A stretch of 50,596 bases of DNA, taken from Octopus bimaculoides (Eukaryota). Both the position numbers and the translations under genes were made by a program. Positions 33,686 to 45,805 of this stretch are shown in pieces. Positions within the stretch are counted from its first letter, which is position 1; each line of letters opens with the position of its first letter. Location of the stretch: assembly GCF_001194135.2 (NCBI RefSeq), contig NC_069008.1, positions 1,293,959 through 1,344,554 of the forward strand, in the 5' to 3' direction. Below the pieces are notes generated by a model. That model ran no database searches, was not told the origin of the DNA, and was given only the letters and a program-made list of their open reading frames with translations.

Positions 33686-35779
33686 GTATGCGACAAAAAT
33701 TATGATGTAAGAATATAAGACACTACCGGGTAATTACTGGTATCAAATGGTAGAAGTGGTAGCGACGGCGGTAACGTTGCCTGTCTTCTAATACGTCTGG
33801 CAGCTGCTGTTGTTCTGGTGCGATTGATATAAGTGACTGGCGTAGTGTAGATATTTGTAGTGGTGCTGTGTCTACAGGTTGAACAAAGTGCTATTGTGGT
33901 GTTGTAGGTGATGTAGTATATAAGTGGTCTGTTTGTAATTAAAGACTGCACAGCGCATCGAGTTAAAAAGCTGTAGCGTGGCGTGTCTTAACCAAGTGTG
34001 GTGTTATACCCGAGGTAGTATGCGATAAAAGTGTTGGGTTTATGAACTGAGGTGTGGTGCGTTGTTATATCCCAGTTATTTGTTGATAGGCTGGTGATAA
34101 GTGATTTGGGTCTATGAGCTATGGTGCTTGGAAAATAATCGGGTGTCGTAGTAAAGTTAGTTTCGGTGTTGGTGGTAGTGTTAGTTTGTAGTGGGTGTTA
34201 CGTGTACAGGTACAGGTAGCACAACTATCTTTGTTGTAGTTTTGTTTATTGATGGTAATAATACTGGTGGTCTGTATATGATGAAATCGGTTATGACCCA
34301 GGCTGCTGCAGTGCTATGTTCAAGTAACCTAGCAGAGTCGGTGTAGTGTATAGCGTTAATTAGCAGTGGTGCTATGTGTATAGCTAGCACCACGTTGCTG
34401 TTGTTGTTATGAATGATAATATTCTTCCTTTAATGCGTCTGATATTATTTTGTCTTCGTTTCAAATCCAGTCCAGTTCAAAAGCAACAGGCGTGATAGAT
34501 TCCTGTCAAGTTCAACGTTGGTTAATTACAAAACAGAGGAAGGAGAAAAAAAAAAACGAATATATATCTGGGTCTGATGAAAAGTGGTGGAATATAAATA
34601 TAATATTATAATATAACAATTGGAATGATTTAAATAATCATGTGTGACCGACCGAAACACGATCTGGAAACGTTCACGTNNNNNNNNNNNNNNNNNNNNN
34701 NNNNNNNNNNNNNNNNNNNNNNNNNNNNNNNNNNNNNNNNNNNNNNNNNNNNNNNNNNNNNNNNNNNNNNNNNNNNNNNNNNNNNNNNNNNNNNNNNNNN
34801 NNNNNNNNNNNNNNNNNNNNNNNNNNNNNNNNNNNNNNNNNNNNNNNNNNNNNNNNNNNNNNNNNNNNNNNNNNNNNNNNNNNNNNNNNNNNNNNNNNNN
34901 NNNNNNNNNNNNNNNNNNNNNNNNNNNNNNNNNNNNNNNNNNNNNNNNNNNNNNNNNNNNNNNNNNNNNNNNNNNNNNNNNNNNNNNNNNNNNNNNNNNN
35001 NNNNNNNNNNNNNNNNNNNNNNNNNNNNNNNNNNNNNNNNNNNNNNNNNNNNNNNNNNNNNNNNNNNNNNNNNNNNNNNNNNNNNNNNNNNNNNNNNNNN
35101 NNNNNNNNNNNNNNNNNNNNNNNNNNNNNNNNNNNNNNNNNNNNNNNNNNNNNNNNNNNNNNNNNNNNNNNNNNNNNNNNNNNNNNNNNNNNNNNNNNNN
35201 NNNNNNNNNNNNNNNNNNNNNNNNNNNNNNNNNNNNNNNNNNNNNNNNNNNNNNNNNNNNNNNNNNNNNNNNNNNNNNNNNNNNNNNNNNNNNNNNNNNN
35301 NNNNNNNNNNNNNNNNNNNNNNNNNNNNNNNNNNNNNNNNNNNNNNNNNNNNNNNNNNNNNNNNNNNNNNNNNNNNNNNNNNNNNNNNNNNNNNNNNNNN
35401 NNNNNNNNNNNNNNNNNNNNNNNNNNNNNNNNNNNNNNNNNNNNNNNNNNNNNNNNNNNNNNNNNNNNNNNNNNNNNNNNNNNNNNNNNNNNNNNNNNNN
35501 NNNNNNNNNNNNNNNNNNNNNNNNNNNNNNNNNNNNNNNNNNNNNNNNNNNNNNNNNNNNNNNNNNNNNNNNNNNNNNNNNNNNNNNNNNNNNNNNNNNN
35601 NNNNNNNNNNNNNNNNNGATAAAATAATGGATCTTGTTACATTTTTTCCAACCGTTTGAAGTTTTTTAAATTTTCGTCAGATTACTTTTAAAACTTAATA
35701 AAAAAATTTTCGCTATCAGCAGTAAAGTTTTCGAGAAAAATCTGGTGAAAATTCGAAAAACTTCAAGTGTTTGGAAGAA

Positions 35780-36160
35780 ATTTTTACGAATTCCAAAGCG
35801 ATTTCACACATTAACTTGTGTAGGTTGAACCACGTATAACGTTAGCGAAAGAAACCTAGCTGTTTCTTGCAATATATACCAATGCATACCTCTAAAGCAA
35901 TTTTTTTTAAAGGGCTCTTAAAATACTATTGGGGATCTCCAATTTACTATTTTGTTGCATGGACCCCTAAAAATCTTATATGGGCCCTCAGTCGAGAACC
36001 ACTAGCCTGAACCCGTCGACTAAGCCTATCACTTTCAAGCGGTTCAATGATTGAGTCAAGTAAAGGCATAAAGATAAAGTAAGGACATCATCTATGTCAA
36101 AGGTTCTCACCGTGGGCGGTACCACCCCCAAGGGGGTGTTGGGCATATCGAAATGGGCGG
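35780..36160. mobile_element. hAT-like MITE fragments; a related piece lies at 37580-37800
   Basis: GGTTCTCAAC / GAGAACCACT-type termini and a shared internal block (ttaacttg..taggttgaac...gctgtttcttgcaata.ataccaat). Confidence 0.5.
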
Positions 36161-36399
36161 TGAAGTAGCATAATTATCATACTGAATCTTAATTATAGGA
36201 GTAATTATACTATAGATGATAAAACAAGAAAAGGTAATTAAAAGCAAAAACAGGTTTTGTTTTTTTATTTCAGGAAAACAACTTTTTACAAACGAAAGTC
36301 AAAGGAAAAAAAATTTTAAAAAGCAGCGGTGGGAGGAGAAAAAGAGAAAAGAAAACCATCAATGCAGTCCCAAGTGCTTCAATTGGTCGCACACCACAA

Positions 36400-36790
36400 C
36401 GGAATCTACTGAAGCAAGCCAACATGCTCACAACATTACCACGGGTAACGGCGAGGGTACGGCGCTGGAAAAGCGAGCTGCCAACGATGACAAGAACTTC
36501 GCGGTTAGTGGACCCAGTCCCTCCAAACGTCACAGGCTGGAAGAGCTAGTTCAGTGTCAGGTCCCGATACTTAAGGGTTTTGTTCCGTTCGGCTACAGAA
36601 GCAGTGACCTCCCCCATTTACCGCAGCATCCAGAATGCGGGTGAGAACAAAGGAGTTAGATTGTAGCATCCCGGATGAGGCACCTAACTCTAATCCAAGG
36701 ACAGAGAGTAAGACCATCTGGTCTTTTTCCATCACTTCTGGATAATCCCACCGTCTTCAGAACTGAGGGGATATTAATCCGAGCAAGGGG
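36400..36790 (-). mobile_element. CRE-like non-LTR retrotransposon restriction-like endonuclease (RLE) C-terminal fragment
   Basis: [30 protein letters not shown], then (frameshifted) VAERNKTLKYRDL...FQPV...FQRRTLAVTRGNVVSML. These match the RPDG..L.PW..G..L.WD.T, AE..K..KY and FQR.S.A.QRGN motifs. Confidence 0.8.
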
Positions 36791-38779
36791 CCCAGTAATT
36801 AAAATAAAGCGAGATCTCATCAAGCACAGAGAAGTCATTAGCTTGTAGTTTATAAAGTAAATTTACAACTTTTGTCTTCGTTATTTCTTTTTTTTTTTTT
36901 TATCGTTTATGTATTTGTTTTGCAAGATTCCTGATGTGAAATCTTGTGTTGAAACAGATATTGTTTTATTTTTGCCAATTAGTGCGTGCGGTCTATTGAC
37001 AAATATATGATCATCCCCAAATATAACACTATCATTTTTGTTTTAATTATTTCACTGTTAAAAGGTTATACAATCAATCGTAAGTCAAATAGAGTTATGT
37101 GCCTTGATTCGTGTCACAGAATGTTAAACGCCAAGAAATGTCAAGTTCGCTTGCTCCTCACCTGTCATACACATAAGCGCTTTTAGTCTCTGTAGCGGAC
37201 GAGAGTGGACAGCTTTATAGGGAAAGGGGGTTATTTATTTATTGATTGATTTATTTATCCAATTATTTATTCATTCATTCGTATTGCTTGCTTCATGCTC
37301 TTGTTTGATGAGACTGGGGTCATTCTAGGTTATCGATCCCAGAGACGTCATCATTCGTAGAGCCGACCTGGTACTTTCGGTACTTTAGTGTTTTCCACTG
37401 CTGGTGGTCCCTTGCCAGCCCCTCTGCATCCTTCAAGGTGTCGTCGAGCCTCTGGAGTCCTATCGTGTTGGTTTTGAAAGCCGAAGTTCACCGGTGGAAT
37501 TTGAATCCAGAACATAGGAAATGATTCATCAAGGAGTTGTATCCGACACTCTAACGACACTGTCCGTTCTTCGCCTAAGAGCAAGGGTTCTCAACCATTT
37601 TTTTTCTTTTAATCTAAGGACCTCTTATATGCTATTTTATTCTGGTGGACCCCCAAAGCCATTCGATGTTTAAAAACTAGTTTTATAGAAAATTTTTTTC
37701 AAAATTCCTATTTTGTTTGTCACACATTTAACTTGTATAGGTTGAACTGTATGAAATGTTAGAGAAAGGAACCTTGCTGTTTCTTGCAATACATACCAAT
37801 ACATCAGTGGCGAAGAGTGACTAGGAAACTTGGGCATGCAGTCCACCCCACCCCACTGAGGCCGGGGGTGGGGTCCGAGTGTTTCGCCCTCCCCTGTTTT
37901 CCGTGAAAAGTGTTGTATTATATATGCTTTGAAATATGGGGAGTCCGAAAATGAAAATAGTTTCCCCCACTACGATGCATCGTTTTGAAGTAGTTAGTAA
38001 AACACGAGAAGCGTACTTCGGAAATCACCTTCAAACGATTTCATTCAGTAGGGGCTATCCATCTATGCCTATTATAGGATTTTATTAGGGCTCCATATGG
38101 TAAAGATGCGAATTGGAAAAATGTGGGTAAAGGGTGATATGCTAGCAACCCTCTCCCCTTACAAAGTAAACAACACAAATAACTATGCAGAGGCAGCCAT
38201 GGTTGAAACAAGAACAAGAACAACAAGCATTCTTAAAAGAGAAAAGAAGCATGGTCATTCCTTACCCAAGTGACCTTATCTTACTGTCCACCATTTGTTA
38301 CGGGCTCAAGAATTAGTTTGACAGCTGAGCTCTGATTGGTTGTATGCAACCGATGCTGGTGTGTTTACGTCCCTGTAACCTAGCGGTTCGGCAAAAGAGA
38401 CCGATAGAATAAGTACTAGGCTTACAAAGAATAAGTCCTGGGGTCGAGTTGCTCGACTAAAGGCGGTGCTCCAGCATGGCCACAGTCAAATGACTGAAAC
38501 AAGTAAAAGAATAAAAGAGTAAAAATAAACATAAATGAATAAACATTAATCAAACAAAAATAAACATTATTTTCCATCTTTTTGTTTGTTTTGTTTCATT
38601 TGAAAAATAAAGATTTATTTTGTTTCATTACTGTTTATATTTTGAATTACATATATATGGGGGAACCAAAATCTTTTAAGTGCTTCGAGCCTCTATGAGT
38701 TTTAATCTGGCCCTGATCTTACTTAATGTAATCCTAGATACACTATGCCTAAAAGGTTTACGACACAAAGGATATCACT

Positions 38780-39005
38780 TTAAGGTGGCGAGCTGGCAGA
38801 AACGTTAGGACGCCGGGCGAAATTCTTAGCGATATTTCGTCTGCCGTTACATTCTGAGTTCAAATTCCGCTGAGGTCGACTTTGCCTTTCATCCTTTCGG
38901 GGTCGATTAAATAAGTACCAGTTACTCACTGGGGTTACTATAATTGACTTAATCCCTTTGTCTGTCTCCTCTATGTTTAACCCCTTGTGGGCAATAAAGA
39001 AATAA
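38780..39005 (+). mobile_element. SINE family B copy, full head
   Basis: ggtggcgagctggcagaaacgttagg...gagttcaaattcc...gcaataaagaaataag. Confidence 0.9.
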
Positions 39006-40240
39006 GAAATCACTTTAAACTTGCTAAATAATATTCAAAGTGGTTTATATGGTTGGAAATATAATTTCCAAGTGTTCCTGGTCTCGTAGTGAGGATCGGA
39101 TCAAAGATTTTCCTATTAACAAGACTTGCTAGAATAATATTCAGGATGCCTTATCTCTACTCAGAGGCAGATGTGTTATAGAACATAGTTTGGCATGTTC
39201 TCAGCACATGAAACTAATAGTAGCATATAAAACATGTATTATGTTTATTAAATAATATATATATACCCATCATTCATCTATCTATCTATCTATCTATCTG
39301 TATATATATATAAATTTAAATAATAAGTGTAAAAAAACTGATACTAATTGGATTAATATCAATTTAAACCAGTGGCCTAGCATATTGAAACAAATCTGAA
39401 GATTCAGAAAATTACATTATACATACATATAAAAGGAATGACCACAAGGTGGACTCCTAATGGGCTAAATGTAGACCCCATATGGTCTGACCACTAAGAA
39501 AAATTGTTCTCAAGGAAATTCGGCAAACGCCAGAATGTAAACGAGAAAGACAAATGAAAAGATACAAAATATCGTGATATATATGTATGTGTGTGTGTAT
39601 ATGTTTATGTGTCTGTTTGTCCCCCTCCCCCAGCATCGCTTAACAACCGATGCTGGTGTGTTTACGTCCCCATAACTTAGCGGTTCGGCAAAAGAGACCG
39701 ATAGAAAAAGCACTATAGGCTTCCAAAGAATAAGTCCTCGGGTTGATTTGCTCGACTAAAAGGTCGTGCTCCAGCATGGCCGCAGTCAAATGATTGAAAC
39801 AAGTAAAAGAGTATATATATACATATATATATATCCCTTTCTTTTTCTTGCAATACACTCTGTCTTCAGACTATCTCCATCTGTCATGTAAAGTAAATCC
39901 GTTTGGTTTGTGTGATTACAAATTTAAGCGGCCAGCTTGTCAGTTGATTTACTGACATTCATGTCACAGAGCTCCAAGTGTCTGGATCCATTGCCATTTC
40001 TCTTACAACGCCAGCACAAAGCCATCATGCCGTTTCTCCATTAACACCACTCACTGTGATTAATGAGTTCTACTGATATTTGTTATAAAGGCTGACTAAT
40101 GGAGGGCCACATAAATGTAGACCTTTTGTTCATCTGCCAGTATCGTTTGTACTATGTATGTAGAAACAACTACTGCTATAGTTTTTCTTATTTATGACTA
40201 ACATAGTTTAATTGTCCTGTTACTTACACTGGTTACCTCA

Positions 40241-40410
40241 GTTGGTTTATCTAGAAGTGATGGGAAGAGACTAGGTCATACCCTCTGTCCCTGGGTAAGA
40301 GGCAGGTGTTTCATCTGGGATGTCACAGTCTGTGGCTCCTTTGCTTTCCACATCCTGGATGCTGTGGTAAATGGGAAGGTCACTGCTTCCATAGCTGAAT
40401 GGAGCACAAA
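40241..40410 (+). mobile_element. Second CRE-like RLE fragment
   Basis: [54 protein letters not shown]. It is clearly homologous at the DNA level to the reverse complement of about 36570-36750. Confidence 0.78.
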
Positions 40411-41568
40411 CCTCACCCGTAGAGAGTTCTGGAAGGACCACTATAACATCAGGATATGCCTCAAAATTATCAATATGGCTTGGCAGGGTGTAACAAAGAG
40501 GACCTGTGTGGAAGAAGCTATGGCCTGGGGTTGTGTCTGAAACAGACTTTGAAAGACTAAAACCCAAAGTGGTAACAGTGGAGGAGATTGTATCCCTCAG
40601 TAAGTCCATGGGCCTGGACGTGAATGAAGGCGACATGAATGAGCTCATCAATGAACACTTTGAGGAACTGACAACGGAGAAGCTAAAGGAACTACAGAAG
40701 CAGCAGCACACGGAGGTTTTGCAGGAAATAAGTGACGCGGAGAAGACGGAGGAGGTTATCTCTACAAGTGCGGTAAAGGAAATGTTGGAAATGTGGGAGA
40801 AGCTTTCAGACTTTACTCAAAAAAAAAAAAAAATCAGCCAGAAAAAGTTGCAACTAGGTGTGTGATGGTCCTGTTTAATGACACTTGCCAAAACTCATTT
40901 CAGAAATTTTCTGAAAGGGAGGATGAAAGAGACCTCATAGGACAGGGTTTTATCGGAAATTCCAGCAGATGAAAGTGAGGAAAGCATAGTGAAAAGTGTG
41001 AAAATCAGTGAATAAGATTCAGTTATTCCGTTCAGCCTTTCTCCGTCACTTCTGTCAGCATTCTAAAGTCGTCTGCTCTCCAAGGTAGGCAGCGCAAAAA
41101 GTTGTTTTTCACAAGCATTTCTATAGCCAATTAGACGGATGAAATTTACGTACGCTTAATAATGTTACGCAAAACAACCTTCAGACTTTCCCTATTAATT
41201 TCATCGTCTTTTGAATTATGAACATATTTACATCATAAGGGTTTTTTCGTTGTAAGGCTTTCTTTTTTAGTTGATTTTCACCTAGCAAGACTTATCGTAG
41301 ATGGCGTAATAAGTCACACCCGGACAAGTTCGGGTTATACTGCTAGTACCTAATAAAACAAGTTTATTGCAGAATGTTCTACTGTTTTGTTATTTATAAG
41401 TACATTTCTCTATTGAAAAACATGTAACAAAAAAATTGCAATGTTTTCTTTGGGTCTGAAATGACATTTTAGTTCATTTCAATAGGAAAAATTGATTTGA
41501 CATGTGAGTAATTTGCGTTACGAGCTCCGTCATGGAACAAATTAAACTTGTAAGTCAAGGTACCACTG
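40405..41568 (+). mobile_element. pogo/Tigger DNA transposon 3' half (transposase C-terminus and right TIR)
   Basis: TNLTRREFWKDHYNIRICLKIINMAWQGVTKRT, frameshift, then WKKLWP...VEEIVSLSKSMGLDVNEGDMNELINEHFEELTTEKL. The element ends ...cttgtaagtcaaggtaccactg|TA (Tigger-type CAGTGGTACC TIR with TA target). Confidence 0.88.
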
Positions 41569-41599
41569 TATATAGACACACACACACATATATATATCT

Positions 41600-41935
41600 T
41601 TTTCTTTCTCTTGTTTCACTCATTTGACTGCGGCCATGCTGGGGCACTGCCTTTAGTCGAGCAAATCGACCCCAGGACTTATTCTTTGTAAACCTAGTAC
41701 TTATTCTATCGTTCTCTTTTGCCGAACTGCTAAGTTACGGGGACGTAAACACACCAGCATCGGTTGTCAAGCGAAGTTGAGGGGACAAACACAGACACAC
41801 AAATACATACATACACATATATGTACGACGAGCTTCTTTCAGTTTCCGTCTACCAAATCCATTCACAAGGCTTTGGTCAGCCTGAGGCTATAGTAGAAGA
41901 CACTTGCCTAAGGTGCCACGCAGTGGGACTGAACC
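41600..41935 (-). mobile_element. SINE family A copy
   Basis: Reverse-complement match. Confidence 0.88.
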
Positions 41936-42007
41936 NNNNNNNNNNTATATATGTAAGGGAGGATGAAACAGACCTCATTAGACAGGGTTTTATCGAAAAT
42001 TTGACGA

Positions 42008-42497
42008 CTGGCACCCATGCCAACGTTTCTTTCAGTGGACACTAAACTCTGCTTGCGAAGACCTGTTGAGGCAAGTGAAATTGAAATCAAACCAAATTTG
42101 GTGACTGGCACCTGTGCCAGTGGATTGCTAACAGCACCATCTGAGCGTGATCATTGCCAGAGCAGCTGTCTGGCTTCCGTGCCGGTAGCATGTAAAAAGC
42201 ACGATTTGAGCATGATCATTACCAGCGTCGCCTTACTGGCACTTGTGCCTGTGGCACGTGAAAAAACATTCGAGCGAGGTTTTCGCCAGTGCCGCTGGAC
42301 TGGCTCCTGTGCAGGTGGCACATAAAATACACCATTTTGAGCGTGGCCATTGCCAGTACCGCCTGACTGGCCTTCGTGCTGGTGGCACGTAAAAGTACCC
42401 ACTACACTCTCGGAGTGGTTGGCGTTAGGAAGGGCGTCCAGCTGTAGAAACTCTGCCAGATCAGATTGGAGCCTGGTGCAACCATCTGGTTCGCCAC
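42008..42497 (+). mobile_element. Long RTE-type 3' UTR fragment with four ~64-bp internal tandem units
   Basis: Four degenerate units of ttgagcgtggccattgccagtaccgcctgactggc..gtgccggtggcacgtaaaa, then the same tail seen at 9970-10235. Confidence 0.78.
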
Positions 42498-43031
42498 ACA
42501 CACATACACAAATGGAAGAAAAGGGTGTTCAATACATTTAGTAGGAATTACAAGTATTATTTTAAATGGTTCTGTGTGACTTCAAGTTTCGCAGGCCCTG
42601 AATGGGAGCCCATATTTTTCAGGCTTTGAATGGCCAAATCAGCAATCGAAAGTCTGAACAAAACAGACTCCTGTTTGGTGCCTGGGAAACTTGAAGTTGC
42701 ATGGAACCATATCAAACTGTTTTAAATAATATATATGTAAATATATATTTACACACACACATCAATACCTGAGATTGAATAAACATTCCTGTTGTTTGAT
42801 CAAGGCTTCATTTTAATAAATGATCTTTTGAATTCACAGTTAATTATGCATTACAAAAGCATAATGAAACTTATACATAAACATAAGGAGTGACTGGATC
42901 TTGTCATAATGTACTTATGCCTTCAGCTTTTGTTTTTACACTTTAATATCAAGATCTTCTTTTGTAAATGTTGCTGAAAGTCACTCACTCTCTTTAGCTG
43001 TGTGTATGTGTGTGTCTGTGTGTATATACAT

Positions 43032-43078
<47 letters not shown>

Positions 43079-43683
43079 ATATATGCGTATATATACATAT
43101 ATATATTATACTGTGAATTCAAAAGATCATTTATTAAAACAAAACCAATGTCAAACAACAGGAATATATATATATATANNNNNNNNNNNNNNNNNNNNNN
43201 NNNNNNNNNNNNNNNNNNNNNNNNNNNNNNNNNNNNNNNNNNNNNNNNNNNNNNNNNNNNNNNNNNNNNNNNNNNNNNNNNNNNNNNNNNNNNNNNNNNN
43301 NNNNNNNNNNNNNNNNNNNNNNNNNNNNNNNNNNNNNNNNNNNNNNNNNNNNNNNNNNNNNNNNNNNNNNNNNNNNNNNNNNNNNNNNNNNNNNNNNNNN
43401 NNNNNNNNNNNNNNNNNNNNNNNNNNNNNNNNNNNNNNNNNNNNNNNNNNNNNNNNNNNNNNNNNNNNNNNNNNNNNNNNNNNNNNNNNNNNNNNNNNNN
43501 NNNNNNNNNNNNNNNNNNNNNNNNNNNNNNNNNNNNNNNNNNNNNNNNNNNNNNNNNNNNNNNNNNNNNNNNNNNNNNNNNNNNNNNNNNNNNNNNNNNN
43601 NNNNNNNNNNNNNNNNNNNNNNNNNNNNNNNNNNNNNNNNNNNNNNNNNNNNNNNNNNNNNNNNNNNNNNNNNNNNNNNNNNN

Positions 43684-43980
43684 GTACTTATTCTATCGAT
43701 CTCTTTTGCCGAACCGCTAAGTTACGGGGACGTAAACACACCAGCATCGGTTGTCAAGCGATGTTGGGGGGACAGACACAGACACACAAACATACACACA
43801 CACACATATATATATATACATATATACGACGAGCTTCTTTCAGTTTCCGTCTACCAAATCCACTCACAAGGCTTTGGTCGGCCCGAGGCTATAGTAGAAG
43901 ACACATGCCCAAGGAGCCACGCAGTGGGAATGAACCCGGAACCATGTGGTTGGTAAGCAAGCTACTTACCACACAGCCAC
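43684..43980 (-). mobile_element. SINE family A copy
   Basis: Reverse-complement match including the tRNA-like head. Confidence 0.88.
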
Positions 43981-44693
43981 ACTTAAGCCTCATAACTCTT
44001 TTTCTAATTTTTGTTGAATGTGACTAGCGATTCTGAATTCCTCATACATTTTTCTATCATTTAATCCTAAGAAAGGTATACTTCTAATTTAAAATTTTTT
44101 AATTTATGTTAATTGAAGATGAATATCTGCCTTCCTGCGCCCCTTGAGGCTGCAGATATACATAATATGTGTATGTGTATGTGTGTGTGAGCATATATAT
44201 ATCTAAGTGAGATAATAGTTTCAGTATTAATAGTGAAAGTATTAAAGCCGAAAGTATTATCTCACATTACCATAGAGATGTTATTGTTTCACTTTTTGAC
44301 ACATAATACTGAAATAATGTGAGAGATAAGAGATTGCTCTGGGCTTGATTTAGGCAAAAAGTTGAAAAATGTTTTGGCCCATGACACTGCATGGACCCTA
44401 AGTAGGGCAAGTGTAAAATTTGAATGAAATAGGTTGGGTAATTCTCGAGTTTAGTGATGCACACAGACAGACATACACACACACACATATATCTACATAT
44501 ATATTTCTACATGTATGATTTATATCACATGATTTTGCTATTGCTGTTCTGAGTCCTGCCCACTCTTTTATCTTTGTGTCTTGTAAGACCTGCCCATTCA
44601 ATGCTTAATGCCTGAGAAAAAATATAATGCTGGGTTATGCCCATTCAATGCTTAATGCCTGAGAAAAAAATATAATGCTGGGTTATGCCAGAT

Positions 44694-44774
44694 GAAGTGT
44701 ACTTTTATATTGGGCCATGGTTGACAAATTTCAAGGCAAGACTGGCAAATCATTTAGCTTCATTTAGGGAGGTG
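44694..44774 (+). mobile_element. Penelope-like GIY-YIG endonuclease fragment
   Basis: EVYFYIGPWLTNFKARLANHLASFRE resembles YIG.T...FK.R..NH..SF. It is truncated by a gap. Confidence 0.75.
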
Positions 44775-45762
44775 GNNNNNNNNNNNNNNNNNNNNNNNNN
44801 NNNNNNNNNNNNNNNNNNNNNNNNNNNNNNNNNNNNNNNNNNNNNNNNNNNNNNNNNNNNNNNNNNNNNNNNNNNNNNNNNNNNNNNNNNNNNNNNNNNN
44901 NNNNNNNNNNNNNNNNNNNNNNNNNNNNNNNNNNNNNNNNNNNNNNNNNNNNNNNNNNNNNNNNNNNNNNNNNNNNNNNNNNNNNNNNNNNNNNNNNNNN
45001 NNNNNNNNNNNNNNNNNNNNNNNNNNNNGGTGGGTGGGTGGGGGAATGCATAGCACAAGCTTAAGTATGTTTATCTGGTCCATCATCATCATTTAACTTT
45101 TGCTTTCCAAGCTGGCATGGGTTGGACAAGTTAAAGATAAAAACACTCTTTAATATAGAAACTCTACTTTGGCCCAGTTTCTATGGCTGCATGCCCTTCC
45201 TAATGCCAACCATTTAACAAAGCGTACTGAGTAATTCTTATGTGGCACCAGCACCAGTGAGGTCACCAAGCAACTCACATGACAAGAATTTTTCAAGAGG
45301 GGGCTGGGTTGTATTGAAGGGCATGGCTTTGTGATAGGAGATTGTTGAGAGGTTATGGTATGAAAGAGGGACAGAAACAAGTGTCTTGTTGTAGGGAAGA
45401 TACATGGTTACCACTGTAGGAGTGAGAGAGGGAAAGAGATAGAGAGAGTGGAAACTGTGAAAAAAGGGTGAGAGAGAGCAAGAGTAAGGGAGGGAAAGAG
45501 AGAGAGTGGCAATGTGTTAGGACATCCTCTAAAGGTACAAGGATGTGAATATAACTGGAATGATAAGGGGATTGGCCAGAGTGCAAGAATAAGGAGTTCA
45601 TGAAAGTCAAAAAAAAAGGGGGGGGAGAAGAGGGAAAAGGGGAACAGATGTAGGGAGTGATGAAACATATATATGGAGTGGTGATGTTTGCAATAGGATA
45701 GCAATAATATATATATATATATTCTTTTCTATGTTTCAACCCTAAGGCTGTGGTCATATATA

Positions 45763-45802
<40 letters not shown>

Positions 45803-45805
<3 letters not shown>

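Noticed and set aside
33700-34420. NUMT (mitochondrial insertion) suggested by the G/T skew
   Set aside because: The frames I tested contain TAG stops even under the invertebrate mitochondrial code, there are no mitochondrial protein motifs, and GC/CpG content is too high.
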